Source of the DNA: Camelus ferus
Taxonomy: Eukaryota
Direction: 5' to 3'
Assembly: GCF_009834535.1 (NCBI RefSeq)
Contig: NC_045696.1
Coordinates: 103,046,001-103,110,000, forward strand
DNA: 64,000 nucleotides
Positions 1-48,100 of the stretch are shown piece after piece (positions within the stretch are counted from its first letter, which is position 1; every line of letters starts with the position of its first letter). The notes below the pieces were generated by a model. That model worked only from the letters and a program-made list of their open reading frames with translations, ran no database searches and was not told the origin of the DNA. The position numbers were made by a program, and so were the translations under genes.

Positions 1-429
1 TTCAGCTTAATGACTATTGCAGTAGTGCAGGAAGAGTATGAAAGGGCTATGAATCAAGGCAAACAAGCCATTACTATTCACATGAGAAATACGGGCCTGA
101 GTTTGGGGGTGCGGGATAGGGGGCTGTTACAGCAGAAATCAGCCATGACTGCTGGTGAAATAATGGTTTAGGTGATAATAACTATGGCTATGTAGGGAGG
201 AAAAGAAAGTAAGGGCAGGTGGGGCTAATACAGCAGATTAAATTAGAAGTCAAGATTGGTGGGCTTCTTTTCAGGTGAAAAAGCGAGAGTATGGTGAGAG
301 AATGGGAAAATGAGTAGCTTGTAGTCTTTGAGTGATTAGCCCTTTCCTGTCTTTGTTTTCCTTCTTGTCCAGCTTTGAGCCTCTTGTTTACTGTTAAAAT
401 CATTCCTTCACAAGGATATTCAACTCTTG

Positions 430-1650
430 TCTTTCTCCCTCTGTGTTGTACTCACTTTGTAAGACTCCAACCCTGGTAAAACTCACCCATGTGCCTTCCC
501 AGTAAACTACTGAACATTTCTGGAGAAAAATCACACAGTGGATTTTTAACTGGTTTTCCTTTAAGTTCATAATCTCAAACATCACTAACACTGCCTTCAG
601 TCCTTTTGTGTTTCTCTGCTAATCCTACTTTCCCACTCTTAAAGATGACTGTTTCTTAGACTTTCTCTTTATTTCTCTGCTTCCACCTCACTTACTCTCA
701 ACTGATGATCTTGCTTCGTTGTTCATCAGGAAAATTGAAGCCAAATGTCTACCAAATCTGAAAATACATTGACCCCTGCACCATATTCGATATCTTAACT
801 TCCATTGCTTCTAAGGAAGGACCCTTTCCTGTCAAAATTCAGTCCTTCTACTTTTGTTCTTTTTTTTTTTTTTTAATGGAGGCATTGAGGATTGAACCCA
901 GGACCTCATGCGTGCTAAATGTGCCCTGCTACTGAGCTATACCCTCCCCCTACTTCTGTTCTTGATTTCAAGAATTTCACTCCTTCAGATATTCCTGCCT
1001 GCTTTCTCCAGTATCATTAATTTCTCTTTCTCAGCCAGAGTACAGAGAGTACATAGATGTGCTCTGGTATTTCCTCTCTTAATTTTTTATGATTTCCTTG
1101 GTCTTACATTCTTTTTCAGATGCTTTCCATCTCTCTGGTTCCCTCCACAGCCAGTTTTAAAAGAATTGCCTGTCTTCTCCATATTCCTTCTTTACTTCCT
1201 ATTCACTCTTTGCCCATTTCAACAAGAGTTCTTTTTCCATTCCACTGACTCTACTCTTGCTATGAAAATCAGTGGCCCCCATGTTACCAAATCCAGTAAA
1301 TGTTTCCCAGTCCTCATTTTCTTAACCTCATAGCATCATTTGACCACTCCTCTTTTTGCTGACATTTGCTTTTCTTCCACAAACTCAGGGCTACCACATC
1401 CTCCAGGTTTCTTCAAACTGCTCTAATTCCTCCTCTGTTTCATTTGCTAGTTATTCCTTGTCTGTAAATATAGAAGCCCTCTAGTCTCCTTCCCCAGCCC
1501 TCTTCTTCTCTTCTCCTATTTATTTCCTAAATCATTTCCTCCTTTCCCCTGCCATTTTTGTGCTAATTTCTCCCAAATTTTTATCTTCAGCCTGAATATC
1601 TCCTTTGAACCCAGATTTAATGTCTTGGGTTTCTGGAAGGCATCTCAATA
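430..1650 (+). mobile_element. Ancient L2 LINE fragment(s)
   Basis: Pyrimidine-rich, degenerate sequence with L2-like phrases (ccaaatccagt...cctcatttt, tcccaaatttttatcttcagcc). Confidence 0.6.
860..950 (-). mobile_element. Camelid tRNA-derived SINE (Vic-1 type), short form
   Basis: Reverse of ggggagggtatagctcag...ggttcaatcc with poly-A tail; TSD ctactt(t/c)tgttctt on both sides. Confidence 0.85.
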
Positions 1651-1996
1651 CCAATATATTAAAATGCTTGTTTAAAATTTAAGTTTTAAAATGCAATGAA
1701 ATGCTTATTAACTATACTCAACAGAATTTATCATGGATTGGATTTTTAAGAGTTCAGGACCTTGAGGTTCTTTACAGTTCTCCTTATCAACAAGTGTTAC
1801 TAGCGTAGATTTGTATTTAAGTGGGATAGAATGCTTGGAAATAAAGCTTGCAATTTTACTGTCAGTCTGCCTTGAAACAAATACTTATTGTTACTTTGAT
1901 AAAAAATTCTTGTATGTTCTTTTCCGGTGGTTTTATAGTTTTATTTCCAGTTGTGTTTTTTTCCTCATTTGATTGTTTGTTAATGATTGAACAAAG

Positions 1997-37047
<35,051 letters not shown>

Positions 37048-37219
37048 AATAGAATTACTTCAGAGAATATGTTAATAATCTAAATTTAAGGCATTTGATA
37101 TTCATCTGTGGTTGTATCTATTCAGTTCCAAAGTACAACATATGTTTTTGTTCTCAGAGTAACTGGTATTATTTCTCCCTGATTGTTAATAATATTTAAA
37201 ATAATATATGTTGTTAAGA

Positions 37220-37225
37220 AATAAA
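37220..37225 (+). terminator. Probable ATR polyadenylation signal AATAAA (further AATAAA at 37400 and 37517)
   Basis: First canonical AATAAA about 170 nt after the stop, followed by U/GU-rich sequence. Confidence 0.65.
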
Positions 37226-38109
37226 CTGCTTTCTTAATATATACTGTGTATTATAACTGGAGAAACAAAACATCCTATGTTCTTATGCTCTAACAAGATG
37301 TATTTGCAAGAAACAAGACAGCCTAATTTCATTTTACAAATTTCATTGACTTTAAGTATTAGTATAAGGATTCATTTGAAACAACAGAAAATTACACTGA
37401 ATAAATACTGTAGACAAAGCACTGTGCTATATTTGTGCACAGAGCTACTTCCCCTGCACTCTGGGAACTGTCTAGTAAGAGATGTAAACAAAAATAGCAC
37501 ATCATTAAGTTCACTTAATAAAACCCTTTTTTGTATGTTGAAAATGTGATGGGGAAAAAAAATTAGCCAATCAGCATTCATATGAAAACTATATAAACAT
37601 CCTGTAATTTTAAAGATACAACCATACTTAAAGTACCAGAGTACAGAATCCAGTGAATTTCATGAGATTTTGAAATCTAAAAAAATTATAATGTTGTTAA
37701 ATTTGGGGTTGTTTCATTGCAGATTTAAAATAATTCATAATAGTCACAAAGCAATGAGGTTATCACATACACATAAAAGAAGAACTTTTGTAACAAAGAT
37801 AATTTCACTTGATGAATTCTGCGATTTTATACAGTTGAAAGTGTAAAGGGGAAAATATAATAACCCAAGAAGTATGAATGTGAAAACTAAACATATATTT
37901 TCCTATTGAAGGCCTAATGTTAAGGGTTATGCAAGTAATTGGAAAAGAACGTTTTAGAAGAAACTTTGTTGTAGGTTTACAATCCTCAAAGAAAAAAACT
38001 GCTAACAAAATTAACCAAATTATCAGACCTTTCCAAATCTGTGTTGAAAACCCCAGAGATTAGTAATCTCAGGAAACTGAAGTAGTCAGGACAAAATTAA
38101 GTGTTAAGT

Positions 38110-38960
38110 ACTCTTCCAGCCGTCTCGTGACGTTTTCACGCCGTTTCCAAATATACTTATAGAGCACAGCTCGATCAACTTGACATTTTCAGAACGAAAC
38201 AACAACCGCAAAGACGCCTGGGCGATCTTGAACCAGAATCGAGCGCGGCGACGGTGGCGGCGAGTTAGTGCCGGGACTGAAGCCCCGCCCAGGGGCGTGG
38301 CCTCGAATTCGGCCGCTCTAGGCTCGTCAGGCGCTCTCTATGGTCCGACGGGCGGTGTGTTGTCATCCGCAGAGCGACGGCCGGAGGCGGCGGCGTAGGC
38401 CTCGGCGGGGCGTTTGGTTTCGGTTTGGCCCTGACTGGAGTTCGTATTGACGGTCGAAATGGGAGTCCCCAAGTTTTACCGCTGGATCTCAGAGCGGTAT
38501 CCCTGCCTCAGCGAAGTGGTGAAAGAGCATCAGGTGGGTGAGGAGCAAGGGGGCAGCGGCTCGGAAGGCGGAGGAGCCGGGGCTCCGCGGCCCTCTCTGC
38601 GCCCTGGGACCGGGGCTCTCCAGCCTCCTGTTTCTGCCCGTCGTCAGCGGGCTCAGTGGCTCAGGGAGGGGTGGGAACGTTTGAGGACACCCCGAGGATC
38701 TGAGTGGGGCGAAGACGCACGTCGCCTTCCTGTGGGCAGAGCCGCAGGGATCGCGGCCGTTCTGACAGCTCCTGCCCGGGCAGGGCCTGCGCGACTCCGA
38801 AATAAGTCCTGGGGAGGAACGCTTCAGGGAGTGCTTCCCTTTCCTCCCCAGGGAGCTGCAGGTTTCGTTTTTCTCTTCGAAGGTTCATCCTAGGATCTCC
38901 CCCCAACTCCCACTCAGAGCAGCCGACCCACGTACAAACAATAATGACGCCTCCGCAGTT
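38110..38960 (+). promoter_or_regulatory. CpG island / XRN1 promoter and 5' UTR
   Basis: Abrupt GC- and CpG-rich block in AT-rich DNA; GC boxes GCCCCGCCC (38282) and GGGGCGTGGC (38292); CRE-like GTGACGT (~38127); no clear TATA box. Confidence 0.9.
38459..38533 (+). CDS. XRN1: XRN1 exon 1 coding part ([25 protein letters not shown])
   Basis: Good Kozak context gaaATGG; 75 bp; CAG|gtgggt. Confidence 0.97.
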
Positions 38961-39163
38961 GAATCACCTTGTTTACTTTCCCTTATCAAGAGCCGCATCC
39001 TGCCCCACCCCCAAGGCCTAGACTTTTTGACGTGGCTGATGGTTCACATTTATGATACCTTCATTACTTTTTCTGCTATTCGAAAGACCGTACCAGTCCC
39101 CCGAGCCAAAAGAAATAAAAATACATTTGGACGGGGCCGGGGCAGTTAATTGGAGGCTTCATT

Positions 39164-39199
<36 letters not shown>

Positions 39200-42100
39200 T
39201 AGAGAAAGGGGGACAGAGAGGGAGGAGGTGGGGGGAAAAGGAGAGAGAAACAGATTATTAGAGCACTAATACTGGTAGTAGTGTATAATTCGGTATATAA
39301 TGATCCCAGCGCAACGTTTATATGCAGACTCCAAAAATGTAGTTTATTGGAACTGTGGAAAGAAATAGGAGGCAGTCATCTATTAGGTAAACTAGATTTG
39401 GGTGATATGCTAATGTTTGTCACATTTAGTGGTTTTAGTAGATGTATTGTCTGTTTTATATTTTACAGAAGAAAAAGTCAGCTTTAGAACTTACGTAGCT
39501 AATTGAGTTAGTTGTGACAGTAGCTTTGTATTAATATGGGGGAAATAACCCCCATGTTAATGGAGTGAACACCATCATGCTGTCTATTAAGTTAGTGTTT
39601 TATCTTTTTAAAAAGTACTGTAAACATCAAGGTAGAGTTTAAACTTCCAGAAAGGATCTTTGTTGTTGGATTCCAGTCAGACTTGGTATATAGGAGAAAG
39701 CTTACAAAAAATTCCAGAATGGAAGTTTGTCTTTAATTTATTTGAAACATGGGTTAGTTAGATTTAGGAAGATAATTCTTTCCAGAGAAGAGGATAAAAT
39801 TGATAACAGCTAACTTAGGCTTTTCCTGTATCCTTCATTCAACAAACATTTGAGTACCGGCCATGCATCAGTCACTTTATCTCTAAAATTGAAAAAAAGT
39901 GACTGTCATTCAGACTGACTTGATAATACATAATCCATTCAGTAATATTTTTACACTGTACTCTTTGGCACAGAATTTGATTTGGTGTAAGGATCTTGGA
40001 TTTTCTCCATCTTGAGGACTTTTGTTACTGAACAAAAATAATGTCTTTAAGGCAGTGTAATGACATGAACACCAGTGATAGGTTTAAAACTTGGTTCATC
40101 AAAGTGATGTCTTTCAAAAGTGTTTGAATTTGTCATTAACAACAGCAGAAAAGCAAATGTTATAAAGAATTACCAGTTACTCTCTCAAAAAGTGCTTAAA
40201 AGATGGTAATGTGTAAGTAAGTCACAGTGGTTCAAAAGCTTGTTCTTGGGGAAAGGCATTGGTTGGAGGGGTGGGTTTCAGGAAGATGGTTGCAGTGCTG
40301 ACAGCACAAGTTTTGGTTTCTCTGAATCCTTACTTAAAAACAGAAAGTGCAACTAGATAGCAAAATTTAAAATCCATAGAACAGTTACAACAAAACCGTG
40401 TGACAGGATGTCCCCATGAACCCCAAGGTACAAGTAGGTGGGGACAATCTACCAATAGCCTCTAGACCCAGTTGCTATTAGCATCTCTGCAAGAGGAGAA
40501 AGGAAGCAATAGGGCAACATCTGATGGACCTGAGAACAGAACTCTAAAATAGTCACTAAAAGGCTATGCAGGCCTATTAGATGGCAGTAGCTATTACTGG
40601 GGTTTTTTTGAAAGGGCAGGAGAGTCTTAACTCCTGTGAACTCTCAAAACTGACTTGCCAAGGCACCATTCTAAGGCAGAGCCCACCCTAAGGAGAAACT
40701 GCTGGAGTGAAAAAATTTTATTACGAAAGGGACAAGAGAGATAAAAGAAGATTAAGATAAAAGTGGGGGGAGGGTTACAAAGTCAAGAAATCTTAGAAAA
40801 CAAACCAAGCAAACCACTGTATTTTTAATACTACCCCAAAATAGCAGAAGAGGGAGCTTTTTGAAGTTAAAGCTTTCCTGAACCCCTCCTCATTCTAAAA
40901 ATTGAGAAAAATGGAATTTGTATAGAAATGAACAACAGAAAACTGTCAAGGTCAAATAGCATACAAAGTTATGGGGGGAAAGGGGAACAAAATAACATTC
41001 CTATAGACAATAAAAGTTTGCAGTATGAACATGCACACAAAACAGACCAAAATTATAACCTATTTCAGAATGAGCTAAAAGGCACTAAGAAAGTTATATA
41101 ATACATGGAAGAACAACAGATATCAATTACAGAAACTTACAAATAAAGTGACAGAACCTAGAGAAAATTAGAGATAAATGAAAAAAATCATTTCAGAAGT
41201 GAAGCCTGAAGTAGTAGCAAGGCAAAAGCAAATGATGCCATGAGAAAAAAAAACAAAATGGAAATAGGAGAAAGTTAAAAGATAAAAAAATCCAAGAGAA
41301 AGTAATTAATAAGAAAGATAAGCAAGGAAGATAAATAATAGGTGTCCCTGAAAAAGGAAATCAAAGCAATATAACAAAACAAATACTAAAACTGTAATTG
41401 AAGAAAACTTTTCTGAAATTAAAAAAATTGAAACTATGTTGAAAGAATATAACATGTACCCAAGAATATTGACTCAGATGACCAACATCAAGACCTTCTA
41501 GCAAAATTCCTGGACTTTAAAGGAAAAGGGAAAAAGGCTTTTGTCACCTGGAAAAAAGGAGCATATGACTTGTAAGGGAAAGAAAATTAGTTTCCATCAC
41601 AGTTTTTGACAGTAGTGCTTTATGCCAGAAGAAAATGGAGTAACTTAAGATACTCAATTGACTTTTAAGCATAAAGGATAAGCTGATAAAGTGCTATCAG
41701 TGTATATCGTCAGGGAATATTGTTCCTTTGAGCCCTTCCGAGAGCAATCTGCTGGAGAATGAGCTTCAGACAATCAAAAGGACTAGGAAAGTATCAACAT
41801 AAGGACCAGGGGTGAACATTAGTTATAATTACCTATAAAACAAAAACAAAGTAAGAGTTAAGAGGGAGTAAGTTTAGTGTGTAATGGCTGTGTGTCCTGA
41901 CAATGTTTAGATAGCACAACTATAAAATAAATAGGGATAAAGGAGAATGGGAAAAGATTATGCAAAAAAAAAAATTCTATCACCATTAATCATATTAGTG
42001 GTAATATTAATATTTTTCTGAAATTTATATATGTGATATGTGTGATAATTGTAGGGTATTTTAATTCTGTCATCTCTTGTATCCTTGAGAACCAAGATTC

Positions 42101-45100
42101 TTGGTGTTAAGAAAGGAGTTACAGGTGTAGTAGGGAAAACATTAAGTTAAAACTCTGTATCTAGCATTTGAATTGGAAGTCTCAATATGAACTTACAAAA
42201 CGCGCGCACGCGCACATAAATTCCCTAGCTCTGTCCTCTGTTCCCAGAAAAGACCTAAAAACAATGAGCAATCCAGTAGTGATTGTATTCTTAGTGCCTA
42301 GGTTATGGTTTTGAAATACCATTTCTCATTAAAAGAAATCAGGATTTCTTGGAGAAATGACTGATTCCAAGTCAGAGTCAGAAAGTATTCTAGATGAGCC
42401 TGGAAGCTTTTGTCATACTCTGTATCAGAGAAATTACTAAAGACTACTAAGAACATGTCAGAGGATTGACGTGAAGAGACGACTGGAAGAGGCTTGGAAT
42501 GGCCCCAAAATGGGACAGTTTGATCTTCAGTAATGATAATAGTCCAGTGGACTAAAAACCATCAAATATGCTTAAATCCTTGAGTTCATAATGGTACTTT
42601 AAAGAAAGAATCCCCTCCCAAAGGTGATAGGCACAGTTCCCAATCTTGAAAACCTTTCTTGTACTGCTGGGCAACCAAGAGGCAAAATGTTCTCTTTATA
42701 AAAGTATTCCGACTAATAAAAAAAGAAAGGATAGAATATCACCATTTTGCAACCTCAAATGAATTAATAGAAGTAGGCATTAAGCATCAATGGCTGCTAA
42801 TATTAGACAAAAGAAAGGTGAGATAAACAAACAGTAGAGCTTAACTCTTCCTATTTCAGAGAATTCTTTTTTTTAACATTTTTTATTGAGTTATAATTAG
42901 TTTACAATGTTGTGTCAAATTCCAGTGTAGAGCACAATTTTTCAGTTATACATGAACATACATATATTCATTGTCACCTTTTTTTTCACTGTGAGCTACA
43001 CAAGATCTTGTATGTATTTCCCTGTGCTATACAGTATAATCTTGTTTATCTATTCTACATATTTCAGAGAATTCTTGACATTGATAATGTATACAAGACT
43101 TACATTGTACACACCTAGAACTACTTTCGATGCCTAGTTCAAGTGGTCCAGTAGTTTGGTAGGAGTATACTATAACTGTATAAAATTATAGTTATTTCAT
43201 AAATCTGAATTGAATATTAAACTTTTATACTATAGGATTGAGGAATATAGAGGTGTACAGTAATTTGTGCAGTGTTATATTATTGTTAGCATATTTCTTG
43301 TTTGGTGAAGGGCTGGGAGTGAAGAAGGAGTAAGTAGAGAGGGGGGGGGAGAAAAGGAAGGAAGAAGGAAGGAGGGTGAGGGAAGAAAGGAAAGAAACCA
43401 AGCAAAACAGTGCCTTTTTTAAAGGCACTTTCCTGTAATAGAGTAGAACAGAATGTGGAGATTACAGAAAGATTATAAAATATAAAAGAAAAACAGAAAA
43501 TCCAAGAGGAAGTTGCACATCTACTAAATATGTAATCAATGTCCAAGTTTACTGGAGGTGGATGGGGGAAAAGAATAACAACCTCTGACAATAACACTTA
43601 ATCTAAAAAAACCACTACTCCAAGATCCAGTTTCCTTAACAGGATCACTGAGATTGATGATGATGTGAAACTTTAGTATCTTTCCAGTATCACCTGCCAC
43701 TTTCCCATACATCCCTATGCTATAGTTCTAACCTACTTGTTTCCCAGACAAATGGGTTTCATTCCCCTGTGCCTTTGTTCCTTTAGTTCCTGCCTGAAAG
43801 ACCTTTTCATCTCCACCTTGCAGACTCCTCCTTTCAAGTCTATTTCTCAGGGAAGCTTTTGACTCCCTCATATTTCCTCTGCCAGTCCTTTCCTTAGGCA
43901 GGAAGGTGCATTATGTTGCTGCTGTTGATTTTCCTGTCTGCCTTCCCTCACTTTATTACACCTATAGGCAGAAACTATTTCTTGTGTGGTTTATTTCTTG
44001 TACAGTGTCTGGCACATAGTAGTTGCTCATTTAATGCTTGCTGATTTAATGAAGGAGTAATATAAATAAAAGAAAAAGTAGAGAGTACATTCCTATAAGG
44101 AACATATATATTTGATGAACACTTAACCTTTACAAAAACAAAAGTCACACAGATAAGGTTATGAACTCTTAGAGAATATGCAATTCTTGTCATGATTGTA
44201 GTCCAATACAGTGCTGTTATAATAGCTAAGATATGTTAAGCACTTGCCATGTACTAAGACACTGTTTTAAGTGCTTCACATACATTCACTTATTTAGTCA
44301 TAGCAGTCCTGGTATTATTGTCTCTATTTTGTAGCTGAGAAAACTGAGTTACAAAAAGAATGAATTACTTACCCAAAGTACTTTACTACATAGCTAGTAA
44401 ACTAAGTGTTGGAGCTGAATTTGAAACCAAGCAGAATTGCTGTAGAGCAGGATTTCTTAACCTTTCTTTCATTATTACCCCTCCTCTAGGTGGCTCTTTA
44501 GACATATTTTTTTCCCTAATCACCCATTCCCCTTCCCCAACCCCACCCTGTCCAGGGCACAGAAAATTTAACATCACAGATATACATAGCATAAAATATT
44601 CCATCTTAACCATTTTTAAGTATTTGGTAGTGTTAAGTGCATTCACATTGTTGTGCTAGAGCCTGCACTTTTAAAACCAATCTATTACGCATTTTGGTAA
44701 AAATAGTTTTGACTATGGAAACCTAAATTTTCAAATTATAGGGAACACAAGCTGACATTTCCATCTTAAAGTGTTTGCTCTTGTGTAGGGGGTTTTCTCT
44801 GTTTTGTCCTTTACTGGTATTCCCTGTACTACTGCACTTACTGTTTTTCCTAGCCCCTAACACAATGTGTGGCACATAATAGATTTTCAGTAAATATTTA
44901 TTGAATAAATGAATTTATATTAACTATAGCATATTATATAATCTATAAAACAGTATATAAAAACATACATTTAAGTAGTTTATTAAAATATGTATAGTAT
45001 GTTGTTATGTTTTAAAATAGCACATTTTAAAAAATGAATTGAAGCAACAAAACCTTGGGTTGTTTAAGATAAATAGTATTAAAGAACTGGACAAAAAGAG

Positions 45101-48100
45101 TTATTAACAGCTCTTTTAAACAGTCAAATATATGTTACTCTTTTATAAAAGGCATTTTGCAACAACACTCGGTAGGATAACAATGTTATACTAACAAAAA
45201 GAAATTAGTACTTTGAGGAAATTAGATACCAAGATGTTAATACTTAACCATAGTTAAAGCAATATGAATGCATATTCTGAGTGGTATAGACAATATGTGC
45301 TATCAGGTTCAATAAAGGGAGAGCTCATTTATTTATTTATTAAATATTTTTGATTTGCTACTTTGTGTCAGGCAGTGTGCCAAGACTTCTAAACATAGTG
45401 AAATCAGAGACCTTGCTTTGAGGAACTCATAGTTTAACAGGCAAGGACAGACGTTACACTTAATGCATTCAACAGAATTATGTATAGCACCTAAAATGAC
45501 TTGAAGAAAGGAGCATCATTTCCCATTGATCTTCTAGACAAATATACTTAAGCTGGATCTTCAAAGCTGAGTCAAATCCTACAAGATAAGTGCAGCGAGG
45601 AGCAAAAGGAAAGAAAGGCATTTCAGAAAGTGGGAACACCATCTGTAAAATTGCAGAGGTTTAAAAGAGCCCAGCACATTTAGGGCTAATTGATCTACTG
45701 TTAGCTTGTAGGTTGTATGTGGAGACAGGAATGAATATGAGATTGATGGGAAAAATAACAGCCAAATCATACAGGACATTTCATGGCATTAAGAATTTGT
45801 AATATCATGGGTTTAAATACGGAAGCAACATGATCAGATTATGTTTAGAAAAATGGCTAAGCTGTGGTAAGAAAGAAAATTAGAAGCAAGCCATCCAGTT
45901 GGAAAACTGAGGTTTTGAATTAAGGTGGGAAATCTAGGGTTGGAGAAAAAGATGATATTGCCTAAGACAATGGGAATGGATAGGAGAGTGAGATTCTAGA
46001 AACATTTTGGATGTTAAATTTAAAAACAAAACCCTCAGTGACTAATTAGATATGGGGTGGAGGGAGAGGGGAAAGTATAAGATACATTCTAACTTGCAGA
46101 TGTAATAACTTAGTATGGTCTCTTTGTAAAAGAGTAAGATTCTACTATGCGTTCTCATTTTCTTTACCACACTGGCTGATGATTACTTAATTATTCTGTA
46201 TCTTTCTTACTAATCTGAAGTCTAAGAATTTTTAAAATTTCTTTTCTAAAAGGAAAATTATAGTTTTTTTCAAATTATAATTTTTTTTCAAATTATAAAG
46301 GTAGTATGTCTTCATTATGTAAAATTTCACGTCATACAGCAGGATGTAAACACTGTTATATAGTCTAGAGGAAAAGTAAAGCAACTGAAATTCCATCATC
46401 CAGTATTAACCACCAGTAACATCTTGTTTCTATGTACTCCTAACTTTTCTATGCAGATAACCATGTAGATAAATAGTTTCTATAAATGGGATAATAATTT
46501 ACCTGCTGTTTTATAACCCACTTTTGTTAACTGACCATATGTATTGTATACATTTTCCCGTGACAAATATGAATCTATATCATAATTTGTAATTGCTTTG
46601 TAGTATTCCATTGTGTGGATGTACCATCAACAATTTTCTTTATTATTAGACAGTATTTTTGTTTTTTTACCTTTTCTAGACAATATTGCCATGAATATTC
46701 TTATATTTGTATCTTTGTGCACAATTCTGATAATTTCTTAGGATAAGTTTCCAGTAGTACAAATCTTGGTCAAAGATGTACACACCTTAAATTTTGATAA
46801 ATACTTTCATTATTAGTTATACCAGTTTATATTCCCATCCCAGACTATTGGGTGTAAATGCCATCTTTCTCTTTTCTAGCTCTGATTTTCCTCTAATGTT
46901 AAATGAGGAATCTAAATATCTCTCTTTTAAGATTATTGCCATAATAAAGTGAGAGAATGTATATAAATATCTAGCCCAATGTTTGGCACCTAATAAGTCC
47001 TTAATAAATGCCAGTTATTGCTTTTAATAACATGAAATATGCATTTCTCCAAAACCTTACCAGTTGGGTAACATCAGTCTTTCTAATCTTTGCTAACATG
47101 ATGGGGAAAATGATGTATCATTTTAATTAGAAATTTTGGGATGTTGAACATTTTTTTCACATTATTATTAGACTTTTGTGTTTCTTTTTTGAATTGCTTT
47201 GCATTTTCCATGCTTATTTTTAATATATGCTCTTTTCCTTAATATTTGAGGATTGTTTTGTATATTAGGAATGTTAACTTTGTCTTAATTAGCAAGCATT
47301 TCCCCTGCATTTTGTCATTTTCAGTTGAACTTGTTTATGGCACTTTTTTTTTAACCCTATAAGATTTAAAAAGTACATTTTTAGGTAGCCAACTCCACCA
47401 TTTGTTTGATTTATAGTTTCTGGCTTTCCCTTCCCCCAAATTACCAAAATATTTGCATGTAATTTTTTTACTTACATTTCTTATATTTAAGTTTCTAATC
47501 CTTCTGGAATTTATTTTGTTAAAAGATGAGATACAGTTTTGTTTCCAAATAGTTAGCTAGGTGCCGCATCCCTTTCTTTCACTGCTTTGATGTGTCTCTT
47601 ATATACAAAATTTATATGTACACTTGGACTACTTCTGAACTACTTGGTTCAATTAAACTGTCTATTTTATAACATAAAATATCATATAGGGCAGCTTTTC
47701 CTTCATTACGCTCCCTTTAATATGCCTCCTTGCATGTTTATTCACCTAAGGAAATTTTGTAATCATTTTGTAAAGTAGTCCCAGAACTGTCAAAAAAAAA
47801 AAAAAAAAAAGCACATTGTAGGGAGGGTATAGCTCAAGTGTTGAACCTGCACGACATCTTGGGTTCAATCCCCAGTACCTCCTCTAAAAATAAATAATAA
47901 AACCTAATTACCTCCCCCCTGGGGGAAAAAAAAGAACAAGAAGAACAAAAAATCACATTAAGATTTTGATTGAGGTTTTTAGATTTCTTGAAACAAACAG
48001 TAAATCTTGAATGTACACTTGAAATCTCGTAATCACAATTGTCATTTCATTTAAGCCTGTTACTCAATAAGGGCATTTAAATTTTTCTTATGTGGTACTT

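Noticed and set aside
908..1333. 141-aa hydrophobic ORF
   Set aside because: Starts in an antisense SINE and continues through pyrimidine-rich L2; hydrophobicity is compositional
38447..38893. 148-aa ORF
   Set aside because: XRN1 exon 1 reading through the donor into GC-rich intron 1
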